Shown here piece after piece: positions 50,776 through 61,285 of a stretch of 64,000 nt of DNA. The stretch is from an uncultured delta proteobacterium. Lineage in GTDB: Bacteria > Myxococcota_A > Polyangia > Polyangiales > Polyangiaceae. The position numbers and the translations under genes are program-made. The first letter of the stretch is position 1. Every line of letters starts with the position of its first letter. The notes below the pieces were generated by a model. The model saw only the letters and a program-made list of their open reading frames with translations, searched no databases and was not told the DNA's origin. Where the stretch lies: the NCBI GenBank assembly GCA_963696385.1, contig CAVOKF010000007.1, positions 1,184,001 through 1,248,000 on the forward strand, read 5' to 3'.

Positions 50776-51714
50776 GTGGCCTTGACTGCCGACCCGACCT
50801 TGAGCCGCCTGCAATCCGCCCTCGGGAGCGTTCTCGAAGGCAAGGACGACGTGATCGATCTGGTGCTCGTCGGCGTGCTGGCCGGCGGGCACGTTCTCTT
50901 GGAGGACGTGCCCGGAGTGGGCAAGACGACACTGGCCAAAGGCATTGCCCGCGTCTTCGACGTGAAATTTGCCCGCGTTCAGTTTACGCCGGACCTTCTG
51001 CCGAGCGACATTCTGGGCACGCAAATCCTCAATCCGCGCGAGGGGACGTTCTCATTTCATGAAGGCCCCATCTTCACGAACGTGCTCCTCGCGGACGAGA
51101 TCAATCGCGCGTCGCCGCGCACGCAGTCGGCACTCTTGGAAGCGATGAACGAGAGCCAAGCGACGATCGACGGCACGACCCATCCCCTGCCCCAGCCGTT
51201 CTTCGTCATTGCGACGCAAAATCCTGCGGATTTCTCGGGCACCTATCCGCTTCCCGAAGCGCAGCTCGATCGTTTTCTCCTGCGCGTCACGATCGGCTAC
51301 CCGAGTCCCGACGCGGAGGTGCGCATGTTATTTGGGCATCAGCGCTCTCTTCCCGTCGACGCCGTAGCGCGAGGCGCGAGCCGCGAAGCGCTCTTGTCGC
51401 TCCAGAGCCGTGTGCGCGATGTCCTCGTGAAAGACAATGTCGCTCGTTACATCGTCCGGATCGTCGCGCGCACGCGCGAATCGCCCGAGCTCGAACTCGG
51501 CGTGAGCCCGCGAGGCGCTCTGTCGCTATTCCGTGCCGCGCAAGCGCGTGCGGTCCTTCTGGGGCGGAGCTACGTGAGCCCTCAGGACGTGCAGGCACTC
51601 GCGAGCTCTGTCCTCGCGCACCGCGTGCGGCTGAGCGTCCAGGCCCGTCACGCCGGAAAGAGCGAGGCCACGTTCGTGGAGGGCCTCGTGCGCTCGATCG
51701 AGGTTCCCACGTGA
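50776..51714 (+). CDS. moxR: MoxR-family AAA+ ATPase
   Basis: EDVPGVGKT, QFTPDLLPSD, ADEINRA, ATQNP, LPEAQLDRF. Confidence 0.96.
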   Translation: MALTADPTLSRLQSALGSVLEGKDDVIDLVLVGVLAGGHVLLEDVPGVGKTTLAKGIARVFDVKFARVQFTPDLLPSDILGTQILNPREGTFSFHEGPIFTNVLLADEINRASPRTQSALLEAMNESQATIDGTTHPLPQPFFVIATQNPADFSGTYPLPEAQLDRFLLRVTIGYPSPDAEVRMLFGHQRSLPVDAVARGASREALLSLQSRVRDVLVKDNVARYIVRIVARTRESPELELGVSPRGALSLFRAAQARAVLLGRSYVSPQDVQALASSVLAHRVRLSVQARHAGKSEATFVEGLVRSIEVPT

Positions 51715-53027
51715 GCCCGCGAGCGCACTTTCGGGGTTGGACCCAACTCGCGGCCGACCTGAATCGCCTGAACCATATCCTCATTCCGGCCACCCCAGAG
51801 GAGCGCGACCGCTGGCGCGCGTCGCGCCTCGCACGGGCGCTTCGATGGCTGGTCTTCGCGTTCGGACGATTCAGCGCGGACGGCCAGGTTCTTCTGGGGT
51901 TCGCCGTCGTTGCCGCCGTCCTGGCGTTGGACGTCAAGACGTCGGACGTCTACATGGCATCAGCGGCACTGACGGGCCTTCTGTTCGCGAGCTGGGCCTG
52001 CTCCTTCGGGCTTCGCTTGCAGGGCGTGAAAGTGGACGTCGTCGTGCCCCGGCGCGTGACGGTCGGCGATAGAACGGTCTTCACGCTCGCCGTGCGAAAT
52101 GGCGGAGTGCGCGACCTCGATACCCTGGTGGTCCGCGGCCCATTTTTGCCTTGGGACGGGTCGTGGATCGTGCGCCGATCCGGGTTTGCGCGACTGCCGC
52201 GCCAGACGGCTTCGAGCACCGAACTCTCGGCGCGGTTTCGCTCGCGGGGCGAACACCATCTCGACCCGTTCCGCCTCCAGGCTCTCGTGCCGTTCGGCCT
52301 CGCGCTGGGACCCGCTCTCGTGACCGAGGGGGTGCGTTTTCTGGCGGTGCCTCGGATCGCCAACGTCGTCTCTCTGTCCTTGCCTCGCGGCCGCCGCCAG
52401 CAGCCAGGCGGCCTATGGGGCGCCTCGCGCACCGGCGACTCGCGTGAGATCATCGGAGTCCGACCCTACCGGTTCGGCGATCCGACGCGCGATTTGCACG
52501 CTCGAACGTGGGCGCGGGTCGGCCAACCCGTCGTGCGCGAGTACCGTGAGGAATACTTTTCGCGCGTCGGAATCGTCCTCGACACCGACCTGGACCAAGA
52601 TCCCGACGATCATCTCGAAGCGGGCATTTCGCTGGTCGCCGGAATCGTCGCCCAACTCGGCCGAACCGAGGCCCTGGTCGACGTCATCGTCATCGGAAAT
52701 ACGGCCTACGGGCTGTCTCTCGGGCGAGGACTCGGCACCCTGGATCGGGCGCTCGAACTTCTGGCCAACGTGGTGCCCGAGGGCCCCTTCCAGCCGAACG
52801 CACTCGCCGCGCGGATCCTGCCGCGTATGGCGTCGATCTCGTGTCTCGTGTTCGTCGCTCTGCGTTGGGACTCTCCACGTCGTGATTTTGCGCAAGAGAT
52901 CCGGTCTAGGGGAACCACCTGCGCCTCATTCGTGGTGACCGCACTCGGCACGCAAGCCGACAGCCAGCCCGGGGTAACCCGCATTTCGGCAGAGGCCGTT
53001 CGCGCCGGCCGTGCGGTCGCTCTGTGA
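51711..53027 (+). CDS. DUF58 domain protein
   Basis: PFGL, GVRPYRFGD, LHARTWAR, VVREY; follows moxR with a 4-nt overlap. Confidence 0.88.
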   Translation: MSPRAHFRGWTQLAADLNRLNHILIPATPEERDRWRASRLARALRWLVFAFGRFSADGQVLLGFAVVAAVLALDVKTSDVYMASAALTGLLFASWACSFGLRLQGVKVDVVVPRRVTVGDRTVFTLAVRNGGVRDLDTLVVRGPFLPWDGSWIVRRSGFARLPRQTASSTELSARFRSRGEHHLDPFRLQALVPFGLALGPALVTEGVRFLAVPRIANVVSLSLPRGRRQQPGGLWGASRTGDSREIIGVRPYRFGDPTRDLHARTWARVGQPVVREYREEYFSRVGIVLDTDLDQDPDDHLEAGISLVAGIVAQLGRTEALVDVIVIGNTAYGLSLGRGLGTLDRALELLANVVPEGPFQPNALAARILPRMASISCLVFVALRWDSPRRDFAQEIRSRGTTCASFVVTALGTQADSQPGVTRISAEAVRAGRAVAL

Positions 53028-54905
53028 AAGAGCGCCTGCTTCGGGCGCTGCCGCCCGTCGTTGCGGCCGTCGCGCTCGCCGTAGCGTCTCGACAGCCGCT
53101 GCCGCCCGCACTCGCCGTCGTGTTCGCGCTCGGCAGCGTGGTGCTCTCGCCACGACTGCCGCTCGATCGCGCGACCCAGCGCCTGGCGATGATCGTGATG
53201 GTCTTGCTCACCATCGCGGGCCTCCGGGCATCCGGCATGCCGGTGAGCGCTCCCCACCTCGGAGCCTTTGGATACGGGTTCGCGCTCGCGCCTCTGCTGG
53301 GGGCGACTCTGCGCCTGTGGATCCGTGATGCCGAGGGGGGCCTCCGGGTCGACGTGGCGCTCGGATGGGTCTCGCTTCTCGCGACGGGCGGCGCGAAACC
53401 GGGAATCGCCTACCTGGCCTTCGTCTTGGCGTTTTTGTCTGCGGCGTTTGCGCTCCAGCGGTCCGAAGACCCCCATCGCCTGGCGTTCGCCTCGTTGTCG
53501 GCTCGCACGCGACGGGTCGCCGGGGTGCTGACCCTCCTGGCGACGGCCTCGGCCGTGGCCGCAGCCTCCGTCACGCACCTCGTCTACGAGCAAGTTCATC
53601 GGCGGCTTCGACACGCCTCGGAGACGGCTTTCGAAAACACGGTCGGTCTGTCGGACAGTGTTCGCCTCGGAACGGTGTCGGCCCTTCTGACCTCCGACAC
53701 CGTCGTCCTCCGCGTCGCGGGCCCTGAGAATCGACCGACTGCGGGGTGTCGTGCTCGACGAATACGGCGGCGGACGGTGGACCAAGGCAACGATCGAGAG
53801 TCTTGCCCAGATCGACGTTCCGCGCGTTCGACCCCGGGGTACCGACGTCATCGAAGTGCGTCTCGCGCATCCGGATCGGGACTACGCGTTTCTTCCTCTC
53901 GCAGCCGGCGACGTGGCGACGCCCGGCGGCGCAGTCCGCATCGATTCGATGGGCGCCGCGCATTCGGTCCCCGGAGAGGCGTTGCCGATCCTCTGGTTTC
54001 GGATGTCCGATGGGACCTCTTTCCGCCCCGCCGCGGCGCGGCTCGAAGACCTGCTGATGCCGCACAAGCTGCGCGCTCCACTGACGGCCATGGCGACCGA
54101 ATGGACCCGAGGAAAGGTCACACCGGAAGACTCTCTTGCGGCCATCGAGGCCCATCTTCGACGCGACTACACGTACTCCACGGCTCCGCAGCCCGAGACG
54201 TCGCTCGATCCCGTTCTCGAATTTTTGACGGTCTCTCACGAGGGTCACTGCGAATACTTCGCGAGCGCGCTCGCCCTGCTGGCGCGCTCGATCGGCATTC
54301 CGACCCGAATGGTCCTTGGCTATCGTGTCGGCGAGCGCAGCCCGGTGGGGTCTCACTACGTCGTTCGAAGGCGCAACGCGCACGCCTGGGTCGAGGCGTA
54401 TCTGCCCAGTGGCGCGTGGGCCATCGTCAATCCCACGCCCATGACCGAGCTGCCGCAGGACTTGCCCCACGACGAGCACGGCGTCACGGCCGCGTTCGAG
54501 GCGATCGCGTTCGGATGGGAGGTCCTGCAGGCGTGGCTCGCCGAGCGAAGCCTCTTCGAGCTCGGTGGTGCGGCCGTTGTCGGCGTCGTCATCTTCGCGC
54601 TGCAGCGCTGGCTGCGCACCCGCGGGCTCGTCGTCGGCGAGCGCGACGACGGCCTCGAATTCGATTCTCCGCCGGACGCCTACCTTCGGCTGGAGGCCGA
54701 GTTGGGGCGGCGCGGGCAAGGACGACGGCCAAGCGAGCCGATCGAGCGCTGGATCGCGCGACTCGACGATCCGGATCTCACCCCTGTCCTTCTGCGATAC
54801 GTGGGAGCACGCTACGGCAACGAAGACACGCAAGGGCTCGACCTCGCGCTCGGCGATGCGCTTGGACGGATCGTTCGCGGGTCGCCGCGAGGGCCTTCTG
54901 CATGA
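53024..54905 (+). CDS. TgpA-like membrane transglutaminase domain protein; 1-nt frameshift near 53728
   Basis: N-terminal TM region in one frame; LRGVVLDEY, GHCEYFASA, GIPTRMVLGY, HAWVE, NPTP in the next frame. Confidence 0.85.
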
Positions 54906-54979
54906 GCATCGAGACGCTTGCTGCGCGAACCCTTGGGCATCGACCGAGGGTGACGGGACCGCCGGCAACGCGACGGCGG

Positions 54980-55133
54980 CCGGCAGGTGGCGATCGGGCG
55001 ACGATCAGCGTGCCGTTCGAGACGCCGGCTCCTGTCCGGCCGCTCGCCGCTTCGCGCCGGCAGGTCACAATCGGGCGCCAATCAGCGTGCCGTTCGGGAC
55101 GCCGGCTCCTGTCCGGCCGCTCGCCGCTTCGCG
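54980..55133. repeat. 77-bp tandem duplication of a gene 3' end
   Basis: CCGGCAGGT...ATCAGCGTGCCGTTCGRGACGCCGGCTCCTGTCCGGCCGCTCGCCGCTTCGCG twice. Confidence 0.9.
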
Positions 55134-55477
55134 CAATGCCAGTGGTCGACCGACCCGCTCGGGTAGGTGATGACCTCATCCTCGGACTGGAATCCGGTCG
55201 CGCAAAATGCGCAGGTGCCTTTCCGGGCGGCGCGGTAGCTCACCGGGGCCTCGTCGCGTCGGGCGCGACGGCCTTCGCTGGGACTCGGCGACGTCGCTCC
55301 TCCACGGCCAGGCCGGCGCCTGGCGGCGCCATCGCTCGCGCCCGCGGAAGGGTCGAGCAGCTTGTGTTTGACGATGAGCCGACAAGCCGCCATCGCCGCG
55401 GTGCGCGCTTCTTCGCACGTCGCGCTGGTGTGGGTCGCCAGCGCGACGAGCCTTCGGGCTCTCTCGCTAGGGTCCAT
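55082..55477 (-). CDS. Small protein, DUF2786-like N-terminus and CxxC/HxxC zinc finger
   Basis: RARRLVALA...EEARTAAMAACRLIVKHKL; CAFC...HWHC. Confidence 0.6.
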   Translation of the reverse strand: MDPSERARRLVALATHTSATCEEARTAAMAACRLIVKHKLLDPSAGASDGAARRRPGRGGATSPSPSEGRRARRDEAPVSYRAARKGTCAFCATGFQSEDEVITYPSGSVDHWHCAKRRAAGQEPASRTAR

Positions 55478-55634
55478 CAATCGCCTCGGCCCATCGGGTA
55501 GCTCTTAGCGGCGCAGGCCGAGTTTTGCATTCACACGGGCAAGTTCCCGTGCGCGTGCCGCGCATTTCGCCCTTCGAGTGAGCCGTTCCTGCGGGTGAGG
55601 GCGTCTGCGTCCATGCCCAGGGAGGCCTTGGATC

Positions 55635-57017
55635 GTGTCGGATCGCCAACCATCGTGCGACGCCTCAGCCCGGCGAGCTCTTTGGGCACGGGTCACGCTC
55701 GTCGCCGGAACGCTCGCCGTAGCATGCAGCAGCAATTCGTCCGCAACCGGGGGTAGCGCGGGGTCGTCGGCGTCCGCCTCCGGTCCCGGTCCCGCCGCCA
55801 CGGCCAGCAGCGGTGCCAGCACCGCCCCGGGGTCGCTCGCTGGTTCGAGCAGCTCGGCCGCTAGCTCCGTCTCGCCGTCTGGAGGCTTGGAAAGCGGCTC
55901 CAGCGGCTCGGGCGCTGCTTCCAGCAGCAGCTCGATCGCCCTCTCGAGCGGCAGCTCGAGCGCTTCTTCGAGCAACAGCGCAGGCGCCTCCTCCAGCGGC
56001 AACTCGAGCGCCTCGTCGAACAGCAGCTCGGGCGCCTCCTCGAGCAGCAACGCGAGCGCTTCCTCGAGCAGCGGCTCGAGCGGCAGCTCGGGCGCCTCCT
56101 CGAGCAGCAGCGCGGGGCCGGACGCCGGATCGTCATGCGGATTCGATCCGGTGACACCGAATGCCACTCCGCAGACACGTAACGTGCTGTGCTACCTGCA
56201 TAGCATTTACGGTAACGGGATCCTCTCGGGTCAAGAGGAAGACAACAACGACAACGGAATGAACACCGTTTACGCGGCCACCGGAAAGTACCCGGCCATT
56301 CGGTCCTTCGACGTGAACAACAGCGAAGCTCCGACCCAATGCGTCGCACAGTGGAACGACGGCGGCCTTTGCATGTTCGGCTACCACATGGGTATCAACG
56401 GCGGAACCTACAGCACCCCGACGGACATCGCGAGCGTACTCACGGCGGGCACGGCCGACAACACGAGCTTCAACCAGGATTTGGATCGGATCGCGCAGTA
56501 TGTACAGCCTCTGCAGACCGCCGGTGGAGTCGCGCTCTTGCGGCTATTCCACGAAGCCGGTGACGGCTGCGCCTGGTTCTGGTGGTCCATGGGGACCTCC
56601 GAGCAGTGGCAAGAGCTCTTCAAGTACGCATTCAATTATTTGACGGCGACCAAGGGTCTCAATAACGTTTTATGGTTTTCACCCCTTTGCAGCAATCCGA
56701 GCTCTGCGTACAATCCCGGTTCGCAATACATCGATTTCGGTGGGGCGGACGACTACGTCGCGGCGGGGGACACGGAACCGCTCACGAGTCTGTTCAATCA
56801 AACCGAAACCGCGTTCCCGAACATGATGGTTGCGCTGCACGAGTGCGGCACGATTCCGGATCCCACGCTCCTCAAGTCGAGCAGCACAAAATGGCTGTTC
56901 TTCAACGTCTGGGCGAGCCCCTACTTCGACGCCCCGTACAATACGACCGCGCATCTGCAGGAGGTCTATTCAAACCCTTACGTGATTACGCGGGACAAGC
57001 TTCCTAGCTTCAAATGA
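55635..57017 (+). CDS. GH26 beta-mannanase lipoprotein
   Basis: AVAC lipobox, Ser-rich linker, ILSGQ, GKYPAI, RLFHE, WFWW, ALHECG. Confidence 0.88.
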   Translation: MSDRQPSCDASARRALWARVTLVAGTLAVACSSNSSATGGSAGSSASASGPGPAATASSGASTAPGSLAGSSSSAASSVSPSGGLESGSSGSGAASSSSSIALSSGSSSASSSNSAGASSSGNSSASSNSSSGASSSSNASASSSSGSSGSSGASSSSSAGPDAGSSCGFDPVTPNATPQTRNVLCYLHSIYGNGILSGQEEDNNDNGMNTVYAATGKYPAIRSFDVNNSEAPTQCVAQWNDGGLCMFGYHMGINGGTYSTPTDIASVLTAGTADNTSFNQDLDRIAQYVQPLQTAGGVALLRLFHEAGDGCAWFWWSMGTSEQWQELFKYAFNYLTATKGLNNVLWFSPLCSNPSSAYNPGSQYIDFGGADDYVAAGDTEPLTSLFNQTETAFPNMMVALHECGTIPDPTLLKSSSTKWLFFNVWASPYFDAPYNTTAHLQEVYSNPYVITRDKLPSFK

Positions 57018-57108
57018 GCGGCGCGTTGCCCCCTGAGACCGGCGGCGGCGGTTGCGGCGAGGGCGCGTCCATGCCGTCGTGGCCGGTCGTGGTAGAGTGC
57101 GCGCCCGA

Positions 57109-58515
57109 ATGGACCTGCTGCTGGCCCACGGCTACTTCCTCGCGGAGGATCTTCACGAGCGCGGCGTGATGAAGCCGTACCCTACGCTCGGTCTACTCTA
57201 CATCTCGGCGTACCTGAAGGCGCAAGGGCACGGCGTCGGCGTCTTCGATGCCACGTTTCAGACGCTGGCGGATTTCGACGAGCGCGTTCGCGCCGAGCGG
57301 CCGCGGGCCGTGGGCCTCTACACGAACCTGATGACGAAGTTCAACGTCCTCAAGATGATCGCCGCGTGCCGCGCCGCGGGCGCGAAGGTCGTTCTCGGCG
57401 GGCCCGAGCCTGCGATGTACGCGGAAGAATACCTCGGGCACGGCGCGGACGTCATCGTGGTCGGCGAGGGCGAGCACACGATGGCGGAGCTCGTGTCGAA
57501 GGACTTCGCCGAGTTGGCGTCGATTGCGGGGATCATCTTCCGCCGCGACGACGGAACGGTGGTGCGCAATCCAGCCCGCCCGTACATCAGCGACCTCGAT
57601 ACGCTGCCCTTTCCGGACCGCGAAGCGATCGACCTGGATCGGTACGTCCACGTGTGGCGGACCCACCACGGGATGGGGTCCGTCTCGCTCATTTGCGCGC
57701 GCGGGTGCCCGTTTCACTGTCAGTGGTGCAGCCACGCGGTATACGGAAACAGTCACCGCCGCCGCTCCCCAGCCAACGTCGTTGCGGAGCTCGAGATGCT
57801 GATGGCGCGCTACAAGCCGGATCAGATCTGGTACGCGGACGACGTGTTCACCATCCACCGCAAGTGGTTTTTCCAGTATGCGGCGCTCTTGACCGACCGC
57901 GGCCTCAAGATTCCATTCGAGTGCATTTCGCGCTCGGACTGCCTCAATGAGGAGGTGGTCCAGAAGCTCGCCGACATCGGCTGCTATCGGCTCTGGCTCG
58001 GTTCGGAGTCGGGCAGCCAACGCGTGCTCGACGCGATGCGCCGAGGCGTCAAAGTCGAGGACGTGCAAGCGAAGGCCAAGCTCCTTCAGCGCCACGGCAT
58101 CCAGGTCGGCATGTTCATCATGCTCGGTTACGATGGCGAGACCCTGCCGGACATCGAAGCGACCACCGAGCACCTCAAAGTCGCCAATCCCGACGTCTTT
58201 CTGACGACGGTCGCTTACCCGATCAAAGGGACCGGGTACTACAAGGCCGTCGAGCGACGGGTGTTGGCCCGCTCCGATTGGAATGGGACTACCGATCGCG
58301 ATCTTTCGGTCCAGGGGCGCTACTCGCCTCGCTTCTACTCGTTTGCGACCCGATGGATGGTCAACGCCGTGGCGCTGCACCGTGAATGGCAAGGGCCGCG
58401 CCGGCCCGTACCCCTCGCAAAAACGTTGGCTCATACGGTCATCGGCCGGGCCGGCATGCTCGTCACGCAGCACGAGCGCGAAGGCGCGGGCGCGGGCGCG
58501 CAAGCCCTTCGATGA
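57109..58515 (+). CDS. Cobalamin-binding radical SAM protein
   Basis: PTLGLLYI, LGGP, VVGEGE, RGCPFHCQWC, GSESGS. Confidence 0.93.
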   Translation: MDLLLAHGYFLAEDLHERGVMKPYPTLGLLYISAYLKAQGHGVGVFDATFQTLADFDERVRAERPRAVGLYTNLMTKFNVLKMIAACRAAGAKVVLGGPEPAMYAEEYLGHGADVIVVGEGEHTMAELVSKDFAELASIAGIIFRRDDGTVVRNPARPYISDLDTLPFPDREAIDLDRYVHVWRTHHGMGSVSLICARGCPFHCQWCSHAVYGNSHRRRSPANVVAELEMLMARYKPDQIWYADDVFTIHRKWFFQYAALLTDRGLKIPFECISRSDCLNEEVVQKLADIGCYRLWLGSESGSQRVLDAMRRGVKVEDVQAKAKLLQRHGIQVGMFIMLGYDGETLPDIEATTEHLKVANPDVFLTTVAYPIKGTGYYKAVERRVLARSDWNGTTDRDLSVQGRYSPRFYSFATRWMVNAVALHREWQGPRRPVPLAKTLAHTVIGRAGMLVTQHEREGAGAGAQALR

Positions 58516-58621
58516 GCGCCGCACGCGGAGCGGGTTCTCCGATCATCGCGTCATAAATCGGATCTCATCTCATTCACCAGCTACCGCAGGACCATCCGCA
58601 GCTCGGACGGTCTCTTTAGTT

Positions 58622-58651
58622 TAGCACTACTGCTGTCCAGCAGTAGTGTTA
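58622..58651. terminator. Inverted repeat between convergent genes
   Basis: TAGCACTACTGCTG-TC-CAGCAGTAGTGTTA; no clear U-tract. Confidence 0.5.
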
Positions 58652-60208
58652 GTTCCGCTCCCACACTTCATCCCCATCGGAAAACGTGTGGGCCAGATGG
58701 TATCGACCGTGAATGTAGGCATTGAGCAACGTTGCCGCTCTTGCCCCCGGATCTCGCGGATTGGCTCCGTCCAGCTCCGTCGACCACAGCGTATATTTGA
58801 CTCGCCTGGTTTCCAGTTCGGATATTGCGCGTTCGGCGAACTCCGGCCGCGTCTGCGCCGTCATGCCGACGACATCCATATACGTCGGACTGCGAAGATC
58901 CAACAACACATAGTAACTCGGCCAGGTTGCGGCAAAGAAATAGTCGCTTGGAACGGTGTTTTGCGCGATCCATGCCAGCTTTTCCACGTGTAACGCGTCG
59001 CTGAGGGCGCTGCCCGCAGGTAGATCGATGCGGGTGCCGTAGTGACGGTGCATCGATCGGACATGACTCATCGCGCGGGAACCGAGGGCAAGCCAGCAAA
59101 TCCAGATGAGGCTGGTGCGCAGCCGCCGCGTTCGATCGAGCGTCCATGCCAAAAGGACAGTGCCAGGCATCGCGACCGCAAACAGTCGGAGCCAATTCGG
59201 GCTCCATAAAACCTCCGCGAGCAACGAAATACCGACAAGACAGAATAACGTAACCGCATTCCACTCCGCGCAGGGCGGATCGTGTCGATGTCGCCATGAA
59301 TAGTACAGCGCGAAGCTGTATACCGTCGGCAGAAGCGCGTAGACGAGAAGGTAAGACGCAAGCGACGGCAGTTGGTGCCAGGCGGGCGTCTCGGGGGCGA
59401 GGCTGAGAGACGACCACAGGCCGTTGTGTTCCGCCATGTGCCGCCATACATAGATGACCTGCGAACCAAAGAGTGGCCCAATCCCGACGGTGAAAAGAAA
59501 ATACGCGTTGGCGGAAAAGAGCGCCAGTAAGACTCCTCCCAGTAGAAATAGGTATTTGTCCGCGACCTGGCGGCGCCGCAGTCGTTCGCGGCGGGCCAGG
59601 TATGCAATGTAGAGGGCGAAGCCAAGCAGAGCAGCAGCACCGTGACTTTGCGTGAAAAACGAAGCCAGACCGAGCATGGCGCCGGCGCTCGCGAGTCGTG
59701 GTCTCGTCAATCGTGGTGAAAGAATGATGACAGCGCTCACGATGCCGAGCACGCTAAACCAGTGATGGGTAGGGTTCAGAGCTCTTCCGTACACGAAGAT
59801 CACGAGAAAGGCCGCTGCGATCGCCGCAAAAGCGCGCTCGGCCACGCGGCTGGCCGCGAGGTAGCAGACCACGCCGAGGGCCAAGCCAATTGCGATAACG
59901 ACCACATTGGTAACCCAAATGCGCGGCCCGAAGAGTGCGAATGCTGCGAGATAGACGAGGTCGGTTCCCGGCGGTGTGAACTGAAAGAAATCGCGGTAGG
60001 GAAGTTCGCCCTCAAGCATTCGCTTTGCGTAGGCCCAAAAGTAGACTTGATCGCCGCCCAGCAAGATCGGGGTGCCTGCAGAGACGAACGAGCACAAGCC
60101 GAGGTATCCCGTGAGCGCAATTGCAAGCGCAGAAAGGGAAAATGGACGGGGCGCCTGCCGGATGACCGTATGTGGCGGCGTCGCGGACGGAGGCGGCACT
60201 GGATTCAC
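58649..60208 (-). CDS. GT-C (ArnT/PMT-like) membrane glycosyltransferase
   Basis: GELPYRDFFQFTPPG, many TM segments; visibly lower GC than flanking genes. Confidence 0.75.
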   Translation of the reverse strand: MNPVPPPSATPPHTVIRQAPRPFSLSALAIALTGYLGLCSFVSAGTPILLGGDQVYFWAYAKRMLEGELPYRDFFQFTPPGTDLVYLAAFALFGPRIWVTNVVVIAIGLALGVVCYLAASRVAERAFAAIAAAFLVIFVYGRALNPTHHWFSVLGIVSAVIILSPRLTRPRLASAGAMLGLASFFTQSHGAAALLGFALYIAYLARRERLRRRQVADKYLFLLGGVLLALFSANAYFLFTVGIGPLFGSQVIYVWRHMAEHNGLWSSLSLAPETPAWHQLPSLASYLLVYALLPTVYSFALYYSWRHRHDPPCAEWNAVTLFCLVGISLLAEVLWSPNWLRLFAVAMPGTVLLAWTLDRTRRLRTSLIWICWLALGSRAMSHVRSMHRHYGTRIDLPAGSALSDALHVEKLAWIAQNTVPSDYFFAATWPSYYVLLDLRSPTYMDVVGMTAQTRPEFAERAISELETRRVKYTLWSTELDGANPRDPGARAATLLNAYIHGRYHLAHTFSDGDEVWERN

Positions 60209-60296
60209 GGCATCTGGCTCAACGAAAAACCCTACGCCATATTCTCGTGGAAATCGCGCCCGATCCGGGCGTGCTGGGCGAACGGGTGGAACGTAG

Positions 60297-61190
60297 TATG
60301 CGCGTTCCGTCTTAGCGCAAACCTATCCCGACTGGGAGCTGATCGTAGCAGACGATGGCTCCGACGTTGAGACACTGAGGTTTCTGAGGGGACTTCATGA
60401 CGAGCGAATCATCGTCCTCTGGCTGTCGCATTCCGGGAATCCGGGCGCGGTTCGGAACAAAGCCATTCATCGGGCTTGGGGTCTATATCTGGCGTTCATC
60501 GATTCGGACGATGTGTGGGTGGATCGAAAATTGGAAGTTCAACTCGGACTCATGCAGTCGCGCGCGGACCGACGATGGAGCTACACGGGGATCGGCGCAG
60601 TCGATCCGGACGGAAAGTTGGCGTCGGCTCCGCGCAGCCAGTGGGCGCGCCTTGGGGACGGATCCATTATCGAAGCTTTGCTGCGATTTGATATGGGCAT
60701 TGCGACGCCCAGCGTGATGGTCGAGCGCGACCTCGTTCACGAGGTGGGCGCGTTCGACGAGCAACAACGGTATGGCGAGGATTACCAGTTGTGGTTTCGC
60801 CTGGCCTTGCGTAGCGAGGTGAGCGTCTCGCCGGAGCCGCTCGTGTACGTCCGCAACGGCCATGTCGATAGGTACACCCGCGATCGCGCGGCGGAGTACG
60901 AGGCGCGGATTAGACTTTTCGGCACCATGGGAGAGATTATCCCTCGTGGACGGCTGCTAAGCACTTTGTCGGAGGAGACGCGCAGAGACCGTGCTTGAGC
61001 TTGCCGGGGCGGTACTTCGATAGAGGGGCGCACGGGGCGGTCTCGCGATTGCTGTTCAAGACGTCACGCTTCGCGTGGCTGTATCCTTGGTGGTGCTGGG
61101 GTGCCCTCAAGGCCACCCTTTAGATTCATCGTTCCGTCACGCGCACTGCTCGGCTACCGACGTCGCCGGAGAGAGCGCAGAGGACCCGTA
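60297..61190 (+). pseudogene. GT2 glycosyltransferase remnant (5' truncated, 3' frameshifted)
   Basis: SVLAQTYPDWELIVADDGS, RN, AFIDSDD, GEDY; in-frame TAG at 60294 with no start codon after it before the conserved motifs; apparent continuation beyond 60998 switches frames. Confidence 0.75.
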
Positions 61191-61285
61191 CAAGATGCCG
61201 CGGGCCATTGGAGATGGGAATCGCGCCCGGACGCAGCGTGGCCGGGCGCCGTTGCAGGCGCCCTGGAAGCGGGGTACGCGATGCC

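Noticed and set aside
53730..55501. 825-aa ORF 53024-55501 as one real protein
   Set aside because: After about 53728 it is Arg-rich shadow frame; the transglutaminase motifs are in the other frame ending at 54905.
58622..58654. Integron attC or dif site
   Set aside because: Too short for attC, R boxes are imperfect, no XerC/XerD arm match, and no integrase.
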